37,256 bases of DNA from a virus, in IMG/VR virus record IMGVR_UViG_3300008018_000002, one strand, 5' to 3'. Of the stretch, positions 32,490 to 37,256 are shown piece after piece; the stretch's first letter is position 1, and each line of letters starts with the position of its first letter. A model generated the notes under the pieces. It saw only the letters and a program-made list of their open reading frames with translations, searched no databases and had not been told where the DNA came from. Made by a program: the position numbers and the translations under genes.

Positions 32490-32621
32490 ACCCGTCGCCT
32501 AGCGCGACCAGTCCGTGACAACCGGAATGAGAACAAAACAAATAATGCGCCCTTGTGCGTTCGTGTGCCGTCGTTATGCGTCGGGTTGTCCACACGGACT
32601 GCAAGGGCGATCCTCTTCCTA

Positions 32622-33377
32622 ATGTTACCATCTGCATTCATACCAGCATGGCTCAATGCCGCAAAACTCTCACAGGCAGAGTTTAGGGTTTATTGCTGTC
32701 TATCCGCAAGGGCTGATAACAAAACCAAGATCGCTTGGCCGAAAGCCGAGACAATTTCAAGTGATTGCTTAATGGCTAGAAATACAGTTTGGAAATCTCT
32801 CAAGTCACTATCCGAAAAGGGGTTGATAAGGAGGGCTGGGAAGCGTTTTGCTGACTCAAACAGGTATGAAATCCTTATCCCTATCGGCGCAAATGGAACG
32901 CCAATAGAGGATGGCTGCAATAGGCGCAAATCAGATACTACTATTGGCGCAAATGAAATACCGAAGGGCGATCTTCCTATTGGCGCAAATGGAGCGCCGC
33001 CTATTGGCGCAAATGGAGTAGCGCCTTTGGCGCAAATGGATAGCCGGGAAGGTATAAACAATAACAGTAACCAAGGAACAGTAACCAATAAGGAGGTCGC
33101 CTTGCCTTTTGGATCAGATGAATTTTCAGTGGCTTGGAGTGAATGGGTGCAGCACCGCAAGGAGATCAAAAAGAAAATGACAGCGCTTACCATCAAGAAG
33201 CAACTTAACGCTCTATCCAAAATTGGTGAGAGCAGATCAATTGCGGCAATTGAGAATAGCATAACCAAGGGCTACCAAGGAATTTACGAGGAAACGAACT
33301 ACCAATCGAAACCAGCCCAACCCGCCCACCGCCAGAGAAACAACAACTACAACGAAACACAGGATCTACCGATATGA
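32622..33377 (+). CDS. replication initiator (winged-helix, lambda O-like role)
   Basis: N-terminal wHTH LSQAEFRVYCCLSARAD...ISSDCLMARNTVWKSLKSLSEKGLI. Iterons lie inside the gene. Followed by loader and helicase genes. First ATG (the track start 32553 is TTG). Confidence 0.7.
   Translation: MLPSAFIPAWLNAAKLSQAEFRVYCCLSARADNKTKIAWPKAETISSDCLMARNTVWKSLKSLSEKGLIRRAGKRFADSNRYEILIPIGANGTPIEDGCNRRKSDTTIGANEIPKGDLPIGANGAPPIGANGVAPLAQMDSREGINNNSNQGTVTNKEVALPFGSDEFSVAWSEWVQHRKEIKKKMTALTIKKQLNALSKIGESRSIAAIENSITKGYQGIYEETNYQSKPAQPAHRQRNNNYNETQDLPI
32881..33040 (+). repeat. six iterons (core GGCGCAAAT, mostly ATTGGCGCAAATGGA): candidate replication origin
   Basis: Cores start at 32886, 32923, 32946, 32982, 33006 and 33029, giving spacings of 37, 23, 36, 24 and 23 nt. 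Several extend to the inverted GGCGC...GCGCC. Confidence 0.8.
33063..33087 (+). repeat. AT-rich tract with 11-bp direct repeat AACAGTAACCA x2 (possible unwinding element)
   Basis: Copies at 33063-33073 and 33077-33087, immediately downstream of the iterons. Confidence 0.5.
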
Positions 33378-33475
33378 AAACAAACACCGACACCCCTAAA
33401 AATCCGCAGGAACCTTCCTCGGAATCGCCATCTACGCATTATAACCCTCACCAATACTCAAACAACAACCAATGA
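33374..33475 (+). CDS. small low-complexity ORF (33 aa)
   Basis: ATGA overlaps at both ends bridge the initiator and loader genes. Coding status uncertain. Confidence 0.3.
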   Translation: MKTNTDTPKNPQEPSSESPSTHYNPHQYSNNNQ

Positions 33476-34131
33476 AACAATACCAATCACCCGCCCTGTA
33501 TTCCCCCGACGATCCGGAGATTATCGAATCAACCCAAGGCGACCCCGAATCCGCCAAGCGCAAATGCGACGAGCTAAACGCCAAGATCATCACCAACGCC
33601 ATCGGAACCGCTACCGGATGGCCGTCGAAATGGACGAAGGAAATCGAGACCGAGCCGCACGGAGCCGAATGGCTGGCAGCGAGGAAGGATGCTTACGAGA
33701 TCACCAAAGCCAACGGAATCCTGATACTGCACGGCAAACGCGGCGGGGGCAAAACACGTATGGCCGCAGAACTGGCGCTCGCTGCCGGCCATTCGCGATA
33801 CCGGACGGCGATGAGGTTTTTCCTTGAGATCCGGGCGACGTTCAAGGACTCGACCAAATCCGAGCTTGCGATCATCGACGAACTGCGCGGCGCGGAACTC
33901 CTGATAATTGACGAGCTACAGGAGCGCGGTGACACGGCGTTTGAGGATCGGCTTCTCACTCACCTGATTGACGCGAGGTATGCCGACAACAGGCCGACCA
34001 TCCTGATTGCCAACCTGACACGCCGGGAGCTTCGGGAATCGCTTGGAACGGCCATCGTTGACCGCGTGAGGGAAAACGGGAAAAGCATTGAATTTACGTG
34101 GGCATCATACCGCACACCGAAGCAAGTATGA
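33472..34131 (+). CDS. DnaC/IstB-like AAA+ helicase loader
   Basis: Walker A HGKRGGGKT and Walker B LLIIDEL. Lies directly upstream of the helicase. Confidence 0.75.
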   Translation: MKQYQSPALYSPDDPEIIESTQGDPESAKRKCDELNAKIITNAIGTATGWPSKWTKEIETEPHGAEWLAARKDAYEITKANGILILHGKRGGGKTRMAAELALAAGHSRYRTAMRFFLEIRATFKDSTKSELAIIDELRGAELLIIDELQERGDTAFEDRLLTHLIDARYADNRPTILIANLTRRELRESLGTAIVDRVRENGKSIEFTWASYRTPKQV

Positions 34132-35492
34132 TCGACCAAACCCACATCGAAGCCCTACCCCACTCCGTAGGCTGTGAAAAAGCCGTCCTGAGCGTGCTAA
34201 TGCAGTTTCCCGACTACTGGCACGAAACGGGCGACCTAGCCGAGGATTGGTTTTACATGCCCGCCAATCGGGCGCTATTCGGGGCGATGAAGGAGGTTGT
34301 GGACGCGGGCGGGACTATCGAGCTTGTCGGATTCGGGCAGAAGCTGCTGGACTCCGGACGCATGAATGCGGTCGGCGGAATGAGCTACCTTGCGGAAATC
34401 TACACCTACCAGCCCACTGACGGGCATTTTCACCAGCATCTTGCCGAGCTGAGGGTAAAGGCCGCGTGTCGCCTCACCATTATGACAGCTCGCAAAATGC
34501 AGGAAACCGCTTTTGGCGCTCCAGACGGACTGGAACTACTGGACGCGACTTCTGCGCCTGTTACTGCCATCCATGAACTAATCACGGCTTCTAGGCCATC
34601 CCCTGACGCAAAGGAGCTAGGCAGGGAATGGTTTGCCAACTACGAAAAGCTAATCCGGGGCGAAAAGCTGCCGATGGGTATCCGCACGGGCATTTTCGAG
34701 ATTGACCAGGCATTGCGCGGATTGCACCCCGGAATGGTCGGCGTGATTTCGGCTCGATCATCCGGCGGCAAATCGACGCTAGCGACTCAGATCATGTGTG
34801 GAGTAGCTAGTCCGGAAACGCCCGCGATATACCTCCCGCTGGAGGGGACGGTTGACGCGGCATATTCCCGCTGCATCATCCAGCTGTCACGCTTAGAGGC
34901 CGCCGCGATCACCGCCCCGGCTGAATACGCGCAACTCAACGGGCGCAGCACAATCTCCAAGGAGGAAAAGGAAAAGGTTGGCGCTGCTCTTCGTAGGCTT
35001 ATTTCAGGCGGATTCCACTTTGACCCGCCATCTAACAGGCAGATCACAACCGTCCTCTCCACGATACGCCGAGCGCACCGGAAACACGGGATCAAGGTCG
35101 CGTTCGTGGACTACGTTCAGCTGATCCGTGGTGAGCGAGGAATCAGCAAGGAACAGGAAATCATGGGTATTTCCAACAGCATCCAAGAGCTTGCCGCCGA
35201 GCTTGGGATTTTCGTATGTCTAATGAGCCAGGAAAACAGCGACGGCGACACGAAACACGCCAAGGCCATCGAAGAGGATTCCGACTGGACGCTCTCAGTC
35301 GTGCAGGGCCAGGACAAGAAGCGTGATGACTACAAAAATCACAAGCATATCCTCATCACCAAGGATCGGCATAACGGGCGAGGGGGAGAGAAACTGCCGC
35401 TTATTCTCGACCGGAAGCATGTTCGATTCGTAACTGGCCGGGATGAATCCGAGGATGAAAAGCCGAAAAAGAAAGGATTTGCCAGCTTCTGA
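34128..35492 (+). CDS. dnaB: replicative DNA helicase, DnaB family
   Basis: N-terminal LPHSVGCEKAVLSVLM, Walker A ISARSSGGKSTLATQI, and VDYVQLI. ATGA-coupled start. Confidence 0.85.
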   Translation: MIDQTHIEALPHSVGCEKAVLSVLMQFPDYWHETGDLAEDWFYMPANRALFGAMKEVVDAGGTIELVGFGQKLLDSGRMNAVGGMSYLAEIYTYQPTDGHFHQHLAELRVKAACRLTIMTARKMQETAFGAPDGLELLDATSAPVTAIHELITASRPSPDAKELGREWFANYEKLIRGEKLPMGIRTGIFEIDQALRGLHPGMVGVISARSSGGKSTLATQIMCGVASPETPAIYLPLEGTVDAAYSRCIIQLSRLEAAAITAPAEYAQLNGRSTISKEEKEKVGAALRRLISGGFHFDPPSNRQITTVLSTIRRAHRKHGIKVAFVDYVQLIRGERGISKEQEIMGISNSIQELAAELGIFVCLMSQENSDGDTKHAKAIEEDSDWTLSVVQGQDKKRDDYKNHKHILITKDRHNGRGGEKLPLILDRKHVRFVTGRDESEDEKPKKKGFASF

Positions 35493-35526
35493 AAAGAAAT
35501 AGGCATTGCCAAAGAAAGAGCTTGCC

Positions 35527-35925
35527 ATGCAGGGCGATACCGTGAAGATTGGAGGCAGCGAGAGCTGCCTAACTACATACACAGCGATGAAACCAGAAAT
35601 CAACACCGAAGCGGCGGAAACCGTCCAAACAGGGATCGACCAGGCGGTTGCTCAGGAGAGACTGGTTCGGTGTTTCTTGGATGATCCCGACATGCCGCAA
35701 TGCTGCTGCAACTGTTCGCTGCATATCGAAATCTGCAAACCGTGGACAAACTGTGGGAATCCGCCCGGAGGCTGCGACTGTGGAACGCGCAAGGAGTGGG
35801 GATGCGCGGCATTTCTCCCAGAAGGCAAGATAATCGGAGACTGGCCGGAACATTCTTGCGGATGCGAAATGTATTCACCGAACGTCAAGGTGAGGCACGG
35901 CGCGGAGGACGCTGACCTCGACTAG
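35527..35925 (+). CDS. Cys-rich protein (132 aa; alternative start 35587)
   Basis: PQCCCNCSLHIEICKPWTNCGNPPGGCDCG...GCAAF...HSCGCEMY. Confidence 0.5.
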   Translation: MQGDTVKIGGSESCLTTYTAMKPEINTEAAETVQTGIDQAVAQERLVRCFLDDPDMPQCCCNCSLHIEICKPWTNCGNPPGGCDCGTRKEWGCAAFLPEGKIIGDWPEHSCGCEMYSPNVKVRHGAEDADLD

Positions 35926-35944
35926 AAACTTTCCCGCCGTTGCC

Positions 35945-35962
35945 TCGACCGTCTTGTTAGGC
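35945..35962 (+). repeat. recurrent intergenic 18-mer TCGACCGTCTTGTTAGGC
   Basis: 17/18 identical to 2921-2938. The flanks (35938-35974) are colinear with 168-207 (CGTTGCCTC...CTTGTT...GGGGCGACG). Confidence 0.8.
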
Positions 35963-35996
35963 ATTGGGGCGACGCGGAAAACCAGAAGACAAACAT

Positions 35997-36167
35997 ATGA
36001 CTAAACAGCAAATAAAAGAGACGCGGGAAGCCGCATACGGAATGTCGATCAACAACCTCAACCCTGAGGACGTGGATCAATACATGGCAATCGCTAAAGC
36101 GTGCGCCGTGCTCGAAAGCCGCTACGCCGTCAATGACGGCATATCGGAGGACACAACACCGCAATAA
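35997..36167 (+). CDS. hypothetical protein (56 aa)
   Basis: First ATG (the track start is TTG). Confidence 0.45.
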   Translation: MTKQQIKETREAAYGMSINNLNPEDVDQYMAIAKACAVLESRYAVNDGISEDTTPQ

Positions 36168-36220
36168 AAAAAATCGCACGGCGCGAAAATAATGCTTGCG
36201 TTATTATTCGCGCCGTGCGA
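36166..36220 (-). terminator. 19-bp-stem hairpin preceded on + strand by A8, i.e. canonical intrinsic terminator for - strand transcription
   Basis: TCGCACGGCGCGAAAATAA (36174-36192), loop TGCTTGCG, then TTATTATTCGCGCCGTGCGA (36201-20) with one bulge. The A-run 36166-36173 becomes U8 on the - strand RNA. Confidence 0.55.
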
Positions 36221-36230
36221 GTCTCCACCC

Positions 36231-36584
36231 ATGAGCAACACCGCACTGCACCCAATAAATCAAGCCAAGCAAATCGCCGAGGAAATCTTCGGATCGCCTG
36301 TCTTCGGATTCCGCTGCCTCCCTACTGGAAATCCCCGCTACGAGATCGGCGAGAAAATGGACAACTCCATGGACTGGCAAGACGACGAATGCACAGGCGA
36401 AGAACGTCCGGGCGCGTGCTGCCTCAACGAAAAAATCGGATTGGAAGAAGCAATCCGCATCTTGAAAAGCTACCACGGCAAAGACTGCGCGATCTACATC
36501 GTATTCGGAGCGGATGGGTTGCGCGGCCAAGACCCCGGAGAAATCATCATCAACCAGCCGCACGTCGGCGCGATCATCCAATGA
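36231..36584 (+). CDS. hypothetical protein (117 aa)
   Basis: The ATG at 36231 lies just past the hairpin, whereas the track start 36192 lies in the hairpin loop. The stop overlaps the next start. Confidence 0.5.
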   Translation: MSNTALHPINQAKQIAEEIFGSPVFGFRCLPTGNPRYEIGEKMDNSMDWQDDECTGEERPGACCLNEKIGLEEAIRILKSYHGKDCAIYIVFGADGLRGQDPGEIIINQPHVGAIIQ

Positions 36585-37054
36585 AAAAGTGGCAAAGCAT
36601 AAACTGGGAAACAGGAAACTCAGACCTCTCCAAAGATTTAGGTGTCTCAATGGAGACAATCCGCCGAAACCGTAAAAAATACGGAAAGGGCATCATACCT
36701 CAAAAAAGCGACGCGCAAATAAAACAGGCATCCAACCAGTCAAAAATCCGAAAAGGCAGGCGCATTGAAGGACTCGGGAAAAAGCTCAGCTCAAAATTCC
36801 TTGCGCTTGGAGAGAATCACTTCTCCGCCAAAAATCATTCGCTTATCGACCCAAAGGGGAGAGTCCACGAAATCTCAAATCTGGCCGACTTTGTGAGAAA
36901 AAACCCTGAGCTTTTTGAGGCGAAGGATCTAGGCCAGCGGCTCAAAACAAACCGCAAAGGAGAAATGACCAAGTCAACGTGCAACTCCACAGCGATGCTC
37001 CAGGAAGTATCATCTGGCCGCAAAAACATCTGGAAAGGGTGGGTAAAAGCATGA
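36581..37054 (+). CDS. DNA-binding protein with HTH and homing-endonuclease-type DNA-binding-like modules, no nuclease motif seen
   Basis: SKDLGVSMETIRRNRKKYG is an HTH. SDAQIKQASNQSKIRKGRR is NUMOD3-like. LIDPKGRVHEISNLADFVRKN...GRKNIWKGW resembles the C-termini of free-standing homing endonucleases. A-rich, lower GC. Confidence 0.4.
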   Translation: MKKWQSINWETGNSDLSKDLGVSMETIRRNRKKYGKGIIPQKSDAQIKQASNQSKIRKGRRIEGLGKKLSSKFLALGENHFSAKNHSLIDPKGRVHEISNLADFVRKNPELFEAKDLGQRLKTNRKGEMTKSTCNSTAMLQEVSSGRKNIWKGWVKA

Positions 37055-37256
37055 CTCCCACCGAATACAAATCCGCGTGCGAAGCAACTGGTCGCACGCT
37101 CCAGGAAATCGCCGACATTCTCGGGGTCGCGCTCTCTACCCTCTACCGTCGATTTGACGATTACGGGCGCACAGGTCGCCCGACGATCATCACGGGAGAG
37201 ATGGAAAGGGCGATCCGATCCATCCCAAAAGCCCGCAAAAATAATTGTGCCGAACG
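37051..37256 (+). CDS. HTH-domain protein, 5' part (continues at 3..437 across the repeat)
   Basis: ATGA overlap with the upstream stop. GRTLQEIADILGVALSTLYRRF is an HTH. The ORF is open to the window end. Confidence 0.6.
   Translation, partial: MTPTEYKSACEATGRTLQEIADILGVALSTLYRRFDDYGRTGRPTIITGEMERAIRSIPKARKNNCAE
37145..37256. repeat. terminal direct repeat, right copy
   Basis: Identical to 1-112. Confidence 0.95.

Noticed and set aside
32881-33040. Regularly spaced repeats, considered as a possible CRISPR array.
   Set aside because: The repeat units are 9-15 bp at 23-37 bp spacing inside a coding gene, which is iteron geometry. No CRISPR-sized repeats or spacers and no cas genes are present.
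36215-36580. The N-terminal 122 codons of ORF 36215..37054.
   Set aside because: This is an Arg-rich shadow of gene 36231..36584. The real start is taken as the ATG at 36581, which overlaps that gene's stop.

Overview
The window is one complete tailed-phage genome. Bases 1-112 recur exactly at 37145-37256, so the unit length is 37144 bp; this is either a circular-assembly overlap or terminal redundancy. I call about 75 protein genes. All but three are on the + strand, and many are chained by ATGA or TAATG stop-start overlaps. No integrase, transposase, tRNA, rRNA or CRISPR array was recognised.

Order on the circular map:
1. Divergent switch region at about 26.4 kb, with a 56-aa HTH gene on the - strand and a sigma70-like early promoter on the + strand.
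2. Early genes: RecT, a YqaJ-type exonuclease and a PD-(D/E)XK nuclease.
3. Replication genes: an initiator whose coding sequence carries six iterons plus an AT-rich tract (the candidate origin), a DnaC-like loader and a DnaB helicase.
4. A DNA-modification block: a DPPY methyltransferase, a PAPS-reductase-like PP-loop ATPase, a ParB-like protein and two tandem Mom-like acyltransferase-fold paralogues. A lower-GC island interrupts this block and holds the other two - strand genes and a DnaA-domain-IV-like protein.
5. Lambda-like packaging and head genes: Nu1-like TerS, GpA-type TerL, a gpW-like protein, portal, a ClpP/S49 protease-scaffold fusion and the capsid protein, followed by a clear terminator.
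6. Siphovirus tail genes: tube, a chaperone with a -1 frameshift, a 464-aa tape measure, minor tail proteins and a fibre with a collagen-like repeat.
7. A lysis cassette: a 4-TM protein, a DUF1353-like protein, a lipoprotein and an M15 peptidase.

Most notable observations:
- The multi-enzyme DNA-modification block sits directly in front of the terminase genes.
- A conserved TTTGAC(T/A)TTCGCC promoter-like element lies a fixed 35-36 nt before four late start codons, and a TTTGACT lies 36 nt before the HTH-gene start. This geometry implies leaderless mRNAs.
- The low-GC island has its own shared upstream motif containing DnaA-box-like sites.
- A very strong hairpin is oriented as a terminator against the direction of the surrounding operon.
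- Several short sequence elements recur, including a 22-bp perfect repeat read in two different frames.

All functional calls come from reading motifs in the translations and from gene order. No database search was run.
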